Below, piece after piece: positions 30,584 to 40,310 of a stretch of 64,000 nt of DNA. Under the pieces are notes generated by a model that saw nothing but the letters and a program-made list of their open reading frames with translations, ran no database searches and was not told the origin of the DNA. Each line of letters begins with the position of its first letter. Position 1 is the first letter of the stretch. Source of the DNA: a virus (lineage: Duplodnaviria; Caudoviricetes); IMG/VR virus record IMGVR_UViG_3300013947_000034, positions 21,019 through 85,018 of that record. The stretch is one strand, 5' to 3'. Both the position numbers and the translations under genes were made by a program.

Positions 30584-30600
30584 ATCAATAAGTTTATTAT

Positions 30601-30656
30601 AGCCGCCCGATAAAAGGCATGGAATTGTATACAACTATACCTTCTACAGGGCGGCT
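30601..30656. repeat. Inverted doublet of 20-bp motif (copies 9 and 10), 16-nt spacer
   Basis: AGCCGCCCGATAAAAGGCAT-ggaattgtatacaact-ATACCTTCTACAGGGCGGCT. Confidence 0.9.
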
Positions 30657-30664
30657 TTCATTAC

Positions 30665-30880
30665 TTAGTATCTACTATAACGACCACGTTCACGACTATC
30701 ATAATCTCTATCGTGATAACGGTCATCATCATTATTATATCTACTACTACGAGAATTATATTCTCTATCATCATCACAACGTGCAAGTTCTTCTTCTAAA
30801 TCTTCAAGTTCTTCACGCATACGTCTAATCTTACTTCTAAGTTCAGACTTACTTTTCTTCATTTCTACCATAATGTACAT
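30665..30880 (-). CDS. Small Arg/Asp/Tyr-rich protein
   Basis: 71 aa, coiled coil plus RYNNDDDRYHDRDY low-complexity tail. Confidence 0.65.
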   Translation of the reverse strand: MYIMVEMKKSKSELRSKIRRMREELEDLEEELARCDDDREYNSRSSRYNNDDDRYHDRDYDSRERGRYSRY

Positions 30881-30884
30881 AATT

Positions 30885-31358
30885 TTATTGTTTAGTTACA
30901 GCAGCAAGTATTTTAGCAATATCGCCTTTCATACCTGCAACTTCAGATTTAATACCAGCTATTTCTTCATCACGAGCTTTATCTTTAGCAAACTGAGGAT
31001 TAAGTTCTTTGAGAACTTCTTCACAAGCAGTAACTTTATTCTTATAATCTTCAATATGTTCAATTACATAAGTAGCGTGTTGAAGAGTAGCTTCTACTTC
31101 AGATTGAATAGATTGTTTAGTCTCGGCAATAACAAGATTACCATTGTTATAACTAACAACATTATTGTTAGCGGGAACATTATTGTAATCTATAGTATTA
31201 CCATTAACTTTAACTTTAAGGTTTATAACCATCATATTACTACCGTCAGTAGCAAACATAGGAGTAGTTGTGCCAACAACTTCACCAACCTTAAAATCTA
31301 TTTCATTAGTCTTGTCTAGAATATAAACATGACTACCTTGATTAAGAGCAGAAAACAT
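30885..31358 (-). CDS. Hypothetical protein (beta N-terminus, coiled-coil C-terminus)
   Basis: 157 aa, coupled to upstream gene by a 1-nt overlap. Confidence 0.7.
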   Translation of the reverse strand: MFSALNQGSHVYILDKTNEIDFKVGEVVGTTTPMFATDGSNMMVINLKVKVNGNTIDYNNVPANNNVVSYNNGNLVIAETKQSIQSEVEATLQHATYVIEHIEDYKNKVTACEEVLKELNPQFAKDKARDEEIAGIKSEVAGMKGDIAKILAAVTKQ

Positions 31359-31672
31359 TATACTACAAGTTGAAGTTTATTATTTTGTTTATCAAATACT
31401 ACAATATGAAGACCTTCTGTAAGAGCAGTCAAAGCTTCACCATTGCTTGCTAAGAGAGGAAGAGTAACATTATTAACCATCATTTCAAAACCAGTTGCAG
31501 TAGTTGTAGCTGCATTGAAATTAATTACCATAATACCGGCAACACCCATAACTCTGAAAGTATGATTAGGCATTGTAAAAACAGCATTAGCAGTAGCACT
31601 GCCAGCAGTCGTTTGAGTAGCAGCTACTAAAGGTATACCACCACGATTACCAATGAATTCATTATAAGCCAT
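31358..31672 (-). CDS. Hypothetical 104-aa beta protein
   Basis: Good codon usage within accessory operon. Confidence 0.7.
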   Translation of the reverse strand: MAYNEFIGNRGGIPLVAATQTTAGSATANAVFTMPNHTFRVMGVAGIMVINFNAATTTATGFEMMVNNVTLPLLASNGEALTALTEGLHIVVFDKQNNKLQLVV

Positions 31673-31690
31673 AATATTATCTCCTATAGT

Positions 31691-32575
31691 TTAAAGCCAA
31701 AAGTTATTCAAACCATTGTTATTATACATACCATATTGATAAGCAACACAATTTGGAACAGCTTGAAATGGGGTATAAGGAACAGTCACAGTTTGTGGCT
31801 GAGCACATTTAATTTCATTAACTGCTTGAGCAATAGGATTAACAGCAGCAGCTATTTGTTGAGCTATTACACCACTTTGATGTTCAGTAGTAAGCTGAGT
31901 CTGTAAAGAATTAATCTTATCTTGCATAGCAGACTTTTCTGCTGCGTCAAGTTTAGCAATAATTCTATCGCCCACACCATCAACTGATTTTTCAAGGTTA
32001 CAAGTCTGGTCGCGAAGAGCATAACCAACATCAGCAAAACCACGAGTAACAGCATTACCGACATTATTAACTGATTCTTTAACTACGCCAGCTTGTTCGA
32101 TAATTGTTGATTTCAAATTACAGCAACAATTTGCTAACTGGCTAGCAAGTGTCATTGTATTCTGAGTACCAGCATTAAGAAGAGCACCAGTAGAAGAATC
32201 AATCTTACAACCAACTTGAGTAACAGAATTACTCACATTAGCAATAGCTGCTTGAATCATATCAACCTTAGTACCAAACATTGTAGCAAGACGTTGAATA
32301 GCTGCGCCATTACCATTAATAGCTTGCATAAGTAAATCACGACCATCATTGTTATTAACCATGTTAGCAAGATTACCTAAACAACCGCCATTTGCACCAG
32401 CATTACCAAACAGACCACCATTACGCATAAGAGGATAAAGGAAGAAGAGAAAGATAACCCAAATCCAACTACCATTACCAAATCCACCATTACTAAGAAG
32501 TAAAGGAAGAAGACTGTTCGCATCATTACTCTTAGTTCCACAATCAGGGAACATAAAAACTTTAGAATCGTCCAT
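31691..32575 (-). CDS. 294-aa Gly-rich membrane-anchored coiled-coil protein
   Basis: GGFGNGSWIWVIFLFFL hydrophobic segment, NCCC motif, coiled coil; first gene after promoter at 32634. Confidence 0.7.
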   Translation of the reverse strand: MDDSKVFMFPDCGTKSNDANSLLPLLLSNGGFGNGSWIWVIFLFFLYPLMRNGGLFGNAGANGGCLGNLANMVNNNDGRDLLMQAINGNGAAIQRLATMFGTKVDMIQAAIANVSNSVTQVGCKIDSSTGALLNAGTQNTMTLASQLANCCCNLKSTIIEQAGVVKESVNNVGNAVTRGFADVGYALRDQTCNLEKSVDGVGDRIIAKLDAAEKSAMQDKINSLQTQLTTEHQSGVIAQQIAAAVNPIAQAVNEIKCAQPQTVTVPYTPFQAVPNCVAYQYGMYNNNGLNNFWL

Positions 32576-32633
32576 AATTAAATTATTAAGATTAATAAAA
32601 CATATAGTACATTAACTAGTATTTTGTACAATG

Positions 32634-32641
32634 CAAAGATA
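32634..32641 (-). promoter_or_regulatory. Bacteroidetes-type -7 promoter element
   Basis: TATCTTTG upstream of 32575 start. Confidence 0.6.
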
Positions 32642-32666
32642 AGCACTTTCTGCAATATAAACAAAA

Positions 32667-32700
32667 AGATGACAACTAGATTATTCTCCAGTTGTCATCT
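32667..32700 (-). terminator. Intrinsic terminator after DnaA-like HTH gene
   Basis: Perfect 11-bp AGATGACAACT/AGTTGTCATCT followed by TTTTGTTT. Confidence 0.8.
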
Positions 32701-32743
32701 AATTAATATAATGATTAGCAAGTATTTATTTACTAGTTATGTA

Positions 32744-33082
32744 CTAAATACACATGGGTTCAACATTTTTATTCTTTAGAGTTGCTTCAGCAGTAGCGAG
32801 ACGATAAACTCTTGAAGTATTTAGCCATTTATATGCTAAATCTCTAAGATGTCTTACTGTATGAACAGTTCTATTAAGAATGCTTGCAATAGTGGTTACA
32901 CTAAATCCAGCATGAAGCATTTGTTCAACTATCATAGCTCTAGTCATAACTACATTTTCAGCACGACTTTTACCAAGTACATCTTTTCTAGTAATATTAA
33001 ATGTACCATCAGGAAGAGTAGTTCCACAACATTGAATTACATTATCGATTACTCTCCACAATTCTTTCTCTTTATCGTTCAT
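32744..33082 (-). CDS. DnaA domain IV-like helix-turn-helix protein
   Basis: LGKSRAENVVMTRAM...GFSVTTIASILNRTVHTVRH matches the DnaA C-terminal pattern SR-x4-V-x-AR...S-x3-IG...RDHTTV. Confidence 0.65.
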   Translation of the reverse strand: MNDKEKELWRVIDNVIQCCGTTLPDGTFNITRKDVLGKSRAENVVMTRAMIVEQMLHAGFSVTTIASILNRTVHTVRHLRDLAYKWLNTSRVYRLATAEATLKNKNVEPMCI

Positions 33083-33109
33083 AATTAGAAAAGTTAAATG
33101 ATTATTAAA

Positions 33110-33427
33110 TTATTCTACTGTTCCATCATCAGAACTAGTAGACGAACCACTACTTATGTCTTCTGATTCTTTAATCTTAATATCTCCATATTTATTAGCA
33201 AGTTGCTTAGCAACATAATTTATATAGAGATTAGCTAGCTTAGTATCATTAAGAGCATAAGCAGCACAAGCAGCTTGAAATATGTTCCAACAGTTAAACA
33301 TGACACTACCATCGCCTTTGCAACCGTAAGAACAATCGTTAAGAATAGCTTCACCTGCTTGACTAATTACAGTAAGAAGCCTAACATAAATATCTTCCCA
33401 TTCATCAGGAACTTGTAAAACTATCAT
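33110..33427 (-). CDS. Hypothetical structural-region protein
   Basis: 105 aa, 4-nt overlap with upstream gene. Confidence 0.65.
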   Translation of the reverse strand: MIVLQVPDEWEDIYVRLLTVISQAGEAILNDCSYGCKGDGSVMFNCWNIFQAACAAYALNDTKLANLYINYVAKQLANKYGDIKIKESEDISSGSSTSSDDGTVE

Positions 33428-33639
33428 AATACTATCACTTTATTATTAAACTTATTAATATCAAAATCAATAATTCTATCACTATGTTTAAGCACAGCTT
33501 TATACATAGCAATAGTTGTAAGTTTGAGAGTCTTATCTCTATTAACTACAAAACCTTGAGCAGCTAGATACTCAAGAGTATTCACAACTCCTTTTTCTAA
33601 CTCCTCAAGGTTTTTTGTAGTGTCAGTTACATTATTCAT
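33424..33639 (-). CDS. Hypothetical protein
   Basis: 71 aa, packed in operon. Confidence 0.6.
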   Translation of the reverse strand: MNNVTDTTKNLEELEKGVVNTLEYLAAQGFVVNRDKTLKLTTIAMYKAVLKHSDRIIDFDINKFNNKVIVL

Positions 33640-33651
33640 AAGAACATCTTA

Positions 33652-34275
33652 TTAATGATTAAACACTTTGTTATTTACATATATAGAATATTCATTAGTA
33701 AGAATAAGAAGTTTATTAGTTACTTGAATAATTCTATTATCTTTATCTTGACCATCGTAAATAATAGCAAGACATTCGTTGGTTACTGTATCAATCCAAT
33801 CTTCTTTAAGTTTAGTAGCAATACATACACCATCTACATCATACGCAGAGAAAACATTATAAAGCTTATAATACTCGGTACTTATTACCTTGAATAGGTT
33901 CTGCTTTATCAATTCTTTATTCTGTTCTATATTGTTATGAATAATAACATCATGACAATTAGAAGCAATAACACCTTTAAAATTACCAAAAGCAGTTTCA
34001 ATAGTATTCTTTACTTTACTGCGTTCTTTATTCTCAGCATCACGGAAAGCTTTATCTAAGACACCATTAAGCTTAACTACATTCTCGCTTACTTGCTTGA
34101 TTGCAGTAGCCATTTCAACCATCGGACGATTACGGTTCTTAGCCTTAAACAAATCAACTAACTTAATAATAAGAGTATAAGCAAGATATACTCCGCTACT
34201 AATAAGTACTGTGATATAAGAAGTATCTTTAATTGATTCAGCTATAATATCATTTATTTGATTAAATTCATCCAT
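33652..34275 (-). CDS. Membrane protein (single N-terminal TM), possible holin/antiholin
   Basis: YITVLISSGVYLAYTLIIKLV hydrophobic helix followed by coiled coil. Confidence 0.5.
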   Translation of the reverse strand: MDEFNQINDIIAESIKDTSYITVLISSGVYLAYTLIIKLVDLFKAKNRNRPMVEMATAIKQVSENVVKLNGVLDKAFRDAENKERSKVKNTIETAFGNFKGVIASNCHDVIIHNNIEQNKELIKQNLFKVISTEYYKLYNVFSAYDVDGVCIATKLKEDWIDTVTNECLAIIYDGQDKDNRIIQVTNKLLILTNEYSIYVNNKVFNH

Positions 34276-34288
34276 AGCTAAACAATAA

Positions 34289-34335
34289 AGACGGAAAGCC
34301 GCCCTGTAAAAGGTGAGACGAGCAGCATTCCGTCT
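34289..34335 (-). terminator. Terminator after auxiliary capsid gene, built partly from the 20-bp motif
   Basis: AGACGGAA/TTCCGTCT plus GCTGCTC/GGGCGGC, followed by TTATTGTTT. Confidence 0.7.
34297..34316 (-). repeat. 20-bp motif copy 11 (inside terminator hairpin)
   Basis: TCACCTTTTACAGGGCGGCT. Confidence 0.88.
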
Positions 34336-34357
34336 ATCAACTAAAACCTATTGAATA

Positions 34358-35269
34358 TTACTTCTTTTCATCGTTAGATGAAGCATCAACGTTCGCAGCT
34401 GCATGATTAGAAGGAGCGCCTTCCAAAGTAAGAACTGTATCGAGTGAACCAGTTAAAGTATCATTAGCTACTGGAACAGCAATAATAACTTCTTGCCATA
34501 CAGCCTCGTCACGAGTACGACCGTAAGCACGAGGATACTTAAATCGAATGTTATAAAGCTTATAATCATCGGAATCAACAACCATTGGATAACCAGGATA
34601 AATAGAAGCACCTTCCTGATAAGTATTGTTGAAACCACGGTTCTGAGCACATACAGAAGCAAGATTCTTAACATAAGCGCCGTCACAAGTTGGAGCTACA
34701 CCGTGAGTTTGAGTTACAGCTGTACCAACAAGGTCGTCAGCGGCAATCAAATTCCAATCCTTCCAATCAGTACCAGTAATAGTAATTTTAGCATCTGCTA
34801 CAGTTACTTTAAGCTCAAGTTCTGGATTACCAGCCTCAATCATATTAGTAAACTGCTTAGCAAGACTAGCAGCCATAGTAGTAGCAGTAGTCTTATGGGA
34901 ACCGTTATCAGTAACAGTCCAACTATTACGTTCATGCTTAATAGCACCAACCTTAACAAGTTGAAGAGTATAATCTTTACCTGCAACTGGAGCAGGAATA
35001 GTAATCTCACCTTTAAAGTGAACTCCAGTTGTCTTCGTGATAGTAGTTACACGAGCAGAAGCAAAGTCAATTGGAATAACTACGGCTTGACTATTAGGAC
35101 GACCATAAGCAATACTAAAGTCAGCAGTAGGAGCAGCAGCAAGGAATTGACTATCATCGTCATTCTGCCAAATACCCACAGTACCAGCATTTACACCAGT
35201 AAGGTCTTGAGGCTTAGCAGGAGTAGCTGCAAGAGTAGCATCAGCACTACAAATAAACAGTTGTTTCAT
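34358..35269 (-). CDS. Auxiliary capsid/decoration protein
   Basis: 303 aa, Ala/Thr-rich beta protein with highly biased codon usage like the MCP; synteny. Confidence 0.6.
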   Translation of the reverse strand: MKQLFICSADATLAATPAKPQDLTGVNAGTVGIWQNDDDSQFLAAAPTADFSIAYGRPNSQAVVIPIDFASARVTTITKTTGVHFKGEITIPAPVAGKDYTLQLVKVGAIKHERNSWTVTDNGSHKTTATTMAASLAKQFTNMIEAGNPELELKVTVADAKITITGTDWKDWNLIAADDLVGTAVTQTHGVAPTCDGAYVKNLASVCAQNRGFNNTYQEGASIYPGYPMVVDSDDYKLYNIRFKYPRAYGRTRDEAVWQEVIIAVPVANDTLTGSLDTVLTLEGAPSNHAAANVDASSNDEKK

Positions 35270-35297
35270 TATTAATTATTTTATAAGTTATACAATA

Positions 35298-36203
35298 TTA
35301 TTGGGCACTAGGTTGATAACCCTCATCTCTAGCATTGTTACGAACGTTTTCACGTTGTTGTTGCTGTTGAGCACCTTGAGCAGCAGCAAGACCACCATTA
35401 AGAGCAGTACGATACAAATCAACTGCGTGCTTAACAATATCAACGTGCATACTCTCAGGAAGTTCACAATCAACATCTTCACCACCAATATCTTCATTGA
35501 AATGAACAGTACCAGGCTTACCAATATAAGATAAACGAATTTCGTTTACACTAAGACCATCACCAAACTTATAAGTATCAGGAGTACTCTTAGTGGCAGC
35601 ATCCGGTTTATCAATATAAAGTTCAATATTGTTATCATGAATTGTAGCAACAGGACTACGAAGATTTGGAGCCATTACAAAATCATTAACAACATCGGCA
35701 AGATATTGGTCATCAACAAGACGAATAGGGAAGATATTAGTTGTAAAACTACCACCACCAACAGCTTTAGTATAATCAATACTCAAATCTACAAGGAAGA
35801 AGTATTCAATACTTGCAGGTTTACCATCACCAGTTGCATCAGCAGCATAAATAGCATCACCTTTCTTAATAGTACTATCATTAGCTTCACTAGCTAAACG
35901 GAAGTTTGTAAGAGGAAGAATGTAACTAGCAATATAATTAGTCTTTGGAGTAGGAAGAGTAACTTTACCCTTCCATACTCTATAAAGACTTTTAAGAGCA
36001 TTGACTTGATTGAGCTTAGAGTTATCAGTAATTACTCTATCACTAGTAGTACCAATGTTTTGAGCAATCACTTGATTAACAGTGTCCGAAATGGAGTTGT
36101 TCAGGAGTAAGTCTATCTGCGATGGCAAGATAGCTCTCACATTTTGCATACCCATTTGTTGAGCATAATTTCTGAACATTTGATGCATTTCAGCAGTAGT
36201 CAT
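35298..36203 (-). CDS. Head-tail connector/ring protein
   Basis: AILPSQIDLLLN N-terminus and ELPESMHVDIVKHAV C-terminus typical of connector ring proteins; two genes downstream of MCP. Confidence 0.6.
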   Translation of the reverse strand: MTTAEMHQMFRNYAQQMGMQNVRAILPSQIDLLLNNSISDTVNQVIAQNIGTTSDRVITDNSKLNQVNALKSLYRVWKGKVTLPTPKTNYIASYILPLTNFRLASEANDSTIKKGDAIYAADATGDGKPASIEYFFLVDLSIDYTKAVGGGSFTTNIFPIRLVDDQYLADVVNDFVMAPNLRSPVATIHDNNIELYIDKPDAATKSTPDTYKFGDGLSVNEIRLSYIGKPGTVHFNEDIGGEDVDCELPESMHVDIVKHAVDLYRTALNGGLAAAQGAQQQQQRENVRNNARDEGYQPSAQ

Positions 36204-36214
36204 ATCTCTATCTA

Positions 36215-37354
36215 TTAAATCAATTTGAGTTTATTTTCTAACTTAGTCTTCAGACCAGCATTGTTAGGATTATCAAAGAAAGCAATAGCATCATTAATGT
36301 TAGCTCCAACGAAATCACCATCAGGAGTACTAATCTGTTGATTAAAGTCAGAACGTACAAGTTCACCACGTGCAATAAGTGTTTCAATAAACGCCTTGCT
36401 CATCAATTTGCGGTCACTAACAAGTTCGTTGAACTTACGAGGATTTGTAGTAGCAAAATCCATAAGTTCCTTAGTCTGAATAAGACCATTCTTAGCAAGA
36501 CCATCGGCAAGATTAATTCCACTATATACACAATAGTTGATATAAACTGCACTTGTCTTAGTAGGAGAAGATTGAAGCTCTACAAGATGCTTCATGGCAG
36601 CTTGTTGTTCCTTAATAAGTTTCTCCTTACGAGCCTCTTCTTTACGTACATCTTTAATGTAGAAACGAAGATTAGCATTACTATTGATGAAAGCTTCATC
36701 TTTAGCAACATCAGGATAATTAAGACAATGACGATAAATAATATATTGCTCAAGATTAAGAGGGTCACCATATTGGTACTTAGTACTCTCAAGATTAAAC
36801 AAATCATTATCACGCATTACAGCAGCTTCATAGAGTTTAGCGGCATTAGAACGGTCAACCTCATTATACTTAGCCCAAATTCTATCCTCAGCAGCCTTAA
36901 TCTTCAAATAATCTCTCTTATGGTGATAACGGAAAGAAATATCAATCTTTCTCTCAGTATCACGAATATCAAGAAACATATTATTAAGATAATTCTTAAC
37001 ACGAGTAATAAACTCTGGGTTATTAGAAGCAACACCTACAAGTTCAGGGAAATAATGTTCTACTTCACCTTTGTTACTCATAAGTTTACGAACTGAATTG
37101 ACAGAAGAACCAATCATATTACGAGGTTTACCAATAGCAGCCATATTCATTCTACGATAAGCAGAATAATTAAGTACAGAAGCAATGATAATAAATCGCT
37201 TATCAATATACTCTTCATCAAGTTCAGCTTCTAATGCAGCTTTCTTAGCGGCTTCCTCTTCAGCTACAGTAGGATTTTGTTTTGCAGCATTCTCTTGAGG
37301 AGCATCATTACTATTTGAAGGACTCATGTCCAAAGGGACTTTAATATCAGTCAT
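36215..37354 (-). CDS. Conserved crAss protein downstream of major capsid gene
   Basis: 379 aa helical, immediately after MCP. Confidence 0.6.
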   Translation of the reverse strand: MTDIKVPLDMSPSNSNDAPQENAAKQNPTVAEEEAAKKAALEAELDEEYIDKRFIIIASVLNYSAYRRMNMAAIGKPRNMIGSSVNSVRKLMSNKGEVEHYFPELVGVASNNPEFITRVKNYLNNMFLDIRDTERKIDISFRYHHKRDYLKIKAAEDRIWAKYNEVDRSNAAKLYEAAVMRDNDLFNLESTKYQYGDPLNLEQYIIYRHCLNYPDVAKDEAFINSNANLRFYIKDVRKEEARKEKLIKEQQAAMKHLVELQSSPTKTSAVYINYCVYSGINLADGLAKNGLIQTKELMDFATTNPRKFNELVSDRKLMSKAFIETLIARGELVRSDFNQQISTPDGDFVGANINDAIAFFDNPNNAGLKTKLENKLKLI

Positions 37355-37374
37355 AGCTTTATAAGTTTAATGAA

Positions 37375-38853
37375 TTACAATACACACTTCAACTGGAAGA
37401 ACTTAGTAGCCTTGTCTACTTGCAAACCGAATGAATTCTTAACCTCATAACGAGAGCAGTCAATATCAGTAGCAAGAGAATTAGTAGGAACAGCACCCCA
37501 AGAAGCAGGAATAGGAGTAAGACCTTTAATCACACCATTAATATAAACTTGACCCTTCTTACGAACCTTACGAATGTTGTTATGACCATTATAAGAAGAA
37601 GCGTCGAGCATAAATGCTTGATGAGAAGTCATAGGATAACCAGTACGAGGATGTACATCACCATTAGCCTTAGCGTTCTCAGCAAAAGTACCACGGTCGA
37701 GGAATGAAAGATGTTTCAAAGTAATCATATGACCATCAACAGTCTTATACTGACGGAAGTAGTTACCATAAGAAAGACCGCTAGCAGAAGTTTGAATCAT
37801 CTTATCACCAAGAGGAGTAACAAAACCCTCACTCTTAGCCTCATTCTTAATAGCACGGTCAAAGTCCTCTACGAAACCTTTACCACAAGCAAGAACAACA
37901 TCCATATTACCAGTGTCTGTATCCTTATCAAGAACATCACCAACAGTACGAACAAGCTTATTGATTGTAAGCTCTTCACCATAAGTGTCGTAATTAGATT
38001 CACGACAAATCTGTTGCATACCTGCTGTATGAGGAATTGGCTGACCATTATCTTCATCAACAAGAGTAATCTCACCATTGATGGTCTTATTATACTCAGC
38101 AAACCACAAACGCTCCTCATTCATTACACGTTGCTGTAACTCAAACTGGCGCATCTCCTCATTAATCCAAAGATTAGTAGTACCGCCACCAGTAGTCTTA
38201 AACTCATAAGTTACAATAGTGTTTGCAATGTTACCTGCAATCTCCTTACTAAAACGATGGAACTCAAGTTGAGAAGTCATCTTACCAGGTCCCATAGTAT
38301 TAGTACGATTACCCTTAGAATAACTCTCTGGAATAGTAGGAGCAGTCAAAGACCAACTTTTACCTACAGTCAAGTTCTTAGCTACATCGACAAAAGCTTG
38401 TGGGTTAGGATTTGTAATACGAAGACGATACAAGTAACCACCATGAGCACCAGCACCAAGGTCTTTCATAATACGAACTTGAGTTACACCATCAGGAGCA
38501 ATCAAACCATACTGCTCAATAAACCAATGAGTACGGAACTCAACTTCAAAAGTAGCACCACCCTTACCAGGAGTTGTATTAGCGTTGTTAAACCAAAGTA
38601 CAGTATCGTTGAACTTCATACGACCCATAGTCTTCCAAGTCCAATCAGTAGTATCAATATCAACTGTACCAGCAGTACCTTGACCTTCAGTCAAGAAATT
38701 AAGTGGGAATCTATCATCATCCATACCAAAAGTATAGGTGAGCATAGAATTAATCTCACTAGGTTTAGATAACATAAGATGAGCAATGGTTTCTTCATTA
38801 GAATAACCACGGTCTTCATAGTTACCACGTTGTACTTCACGAATTGCGTACAT
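37375..38853 (-). CDS. Major capsid protein
   Basis: 492 aa, strongest codon bias in window, YRQYKTVDGHMITLKH segment, position after scaffold and portal. Confidence 0.85.
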   Translation of the reverse strand: MYAIREVQRGNYEDRGYSNEETIAHLMLSKPSEINSMLTYTFGMDDDRFPLNFLTEGQGTAGTVDIDTTDWTWKTMGRMKFNDTVLWFNNANTTPGKGGATFEVEFRTHWFIEQYGLIAPDGVTQVRIMKDLGAGAHGGYLYRLRITNPNPQAFVDVAKNLTVGKSWSLTAPTIPESYSKGNRTNTMGPGKMTSQLEFHRFSKEIAGNIANTIVTYEFKTTGGGTTNLWINEEMRQFELQQRVMNEERLWFAEYNKTINGEITLVDEDNGQPIPHTAGMQQICRESNYDTYGEELTINKLVRTVGDVLDKDTDTGNMDVVLACGKGFVEDFDRAIKNEAKSEGFVTPLGDKMIQTSASGLSYGNYFRQYKTVDGHMITLKHLSFLDRGTFAENAKANGDVHPRTGYPMTSHQAFMLDASSYNGHNNIRKVRKKGQVYINGVIKGLTPIPASWGAVPTNSLATDIDCSRYEVKNSFGLQVDKATKFFQLKCVL

Positions 38854-38884
38854 ACTTAAACGAATTAATTAATTAAACAATAAC

Positions 38885-40249
38885 TTAACTAAACTGAATA
38901 TCATCAGTTGCATTTTTATTATCTTTAGCTGGTTTAGTAATTCGTACAGTACCACGACCTTTATTTTGTTTAGCTGTTAATCTGAGAGTTTTAACTTCAT
39001 GTTCTCTAACAGCCATCTTTACTAGGTCTTCATAAGAACCACCTGTGTACATTAACCAAGCTTGTAGAATTTCATTATTAAGAGCATCTTCAGGAGTTTG
39101 TTTAGCAAGAGCACGTTCATAACCAGTAGCTACATTACCTTGCTCGTCTTTAATACCTCTTGAAAGATAATCATAAAAATCGTTAGGAGTAACAGTAACC
39201 TTTTGTCCATTAACCTCACGAACAAGAGATTCAGGAAGTTGATAATTACCAACCTTACGACCTTCAACGACAGTTTTTACATTATTCCAATAAGCAATAG
39301 TATCTTGTTCTTGTTGCTTACGTTGAGCTTCAGCTTGTTTAGCAGTCTCTTCATCACGTTTTTTATCAGCAGCTTGAAGATTAGCTAACTGAGTTTTAGC
39401 TTCATCATAAAGACCACCAGAATCTTTAAGATACTTAATGTAATTATCATTGAGAGAAGCATTACCAAACTCTCTAGCAGCAGCTTTGATGATTGCAATC
39501 TGTTGCTCTTCGGACTTTTCATCAACAGTCAAACCACTACGGTCAGGACGTTCACCAAATCCACGAGGGTCACCATTGTTAACAGTAAGATAATCAACAA
39601 ACTGTTTGAGGATTGGATTATCAACAAATACTTTGTTTACAGCAGCTTGAGCAACTTCATTAGACTTGAGTTCAATAGCAGAATTAATATAACTCTTAAT
39701 ACCATCTATATCATCAGTAAATTCAACTGGCTTACCTTCTTCATCAGTAATGTCAATATCAAGAGCTTTACGAATATTTTCAAGATTAACATCAGCACCA
39801 GGTTCGTCTACCTGAAGAGAATCAATCCAACCCTTAACGTCTTTAGCTTCTTTAAAAACTTTACCATCCTTATCTACAAGGTCGCCATTATCAGCAACAG
39901 TATAAGTTTGACCTTCAAACTCAACTCGCATACCTTTCTCTAGCTCCCCGGTAGAAGGTGTAGTATCGTTTCCATTATCATCTTTACCGTCAGCATCTTT
40001 AGTATCAGCAGAATGCTCATCACCAGATTTATCATCTTTGTCATCTTTACTGTCGGAAGCGTTACCGTCACCATCTGCGCCTGTACCGTCACCGTCTTTT
40101 CCTTCTCCATCACCTTTGCCGTCTTTACCAGTAATATCGGTAGTATCAGTACCACTGTTACCACCAGTTCCAGTAAAATCAATATCGAGTACTGGAGCAC
40201 AAAGACGAGCATGAGGTTTAAAACCTAGAGTATTACGAAATACAAACAT
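38885..40249 (-). CDS. Acidic capsid scaffold-like protein
   Basis: D/G/K-rich disordered N-terminus, helical remainder, directly upstream of MCP. Confidence 0.6.
   Translation of the reverse strand: MFVFRNTLGFKPHARLCAPVLDIDFTGTGGNSGTDTTDITGKDGKGDGEGKDGDGTGADGDGNASDSKDDKDDKSGDEHSADTKDADGKDDNGNDTTPSTGELEKGMRVEFEGQTYTVADNGDLVDKDGKVFKEAKDVKGWIDSLQVDEPGADVNLENIRKALDIDITDEEGKPVEFTDDIDGIKSYINSAIELKSNEVAQAAVNKVFVDNPILKQFVDYLTVNNGDPRGFGERPDRSGLTVDEKSEEQQIAIIKAAAREFGNASLNDNYIKYLKDSGGLYDEAKTQLANLQAADKKRDEETAKQAEAQRKQQEQDTIAYWNNVKTVVEGRKVGNYQLPESLVREVNGQKVTVTPNDFYDYLSRGIKDEQGNVATGYERALAKQTPEDALNNEILQAWLMYTGGSYEDLVKMAVREHEVKTLRLTAKQNKGRGTVRITKPAKDNKNATDDIQFS
39942..39961 (-). repeat. 20-bp motif copy 12 (scaffold linker, TPSTGEL)
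   Basis: ACACCTTCTACCGGGGAGCT. Confidence 0.8.
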
Positions 40250-40302
40250 ACTTTAATTGATTAAATGATTAATAAATAAACTAACTGTTTTATTAGTTGC
40301 TG

Positions 40303-40310
40303 CAAATGTA
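40303..40310 (-). promoter_or_regulatory. Bacteroidetes-type -7 promoter element for scaffold-MCP operon
   Basis: TACATTTG upstream of 40249 start. Confidence 0.6.
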
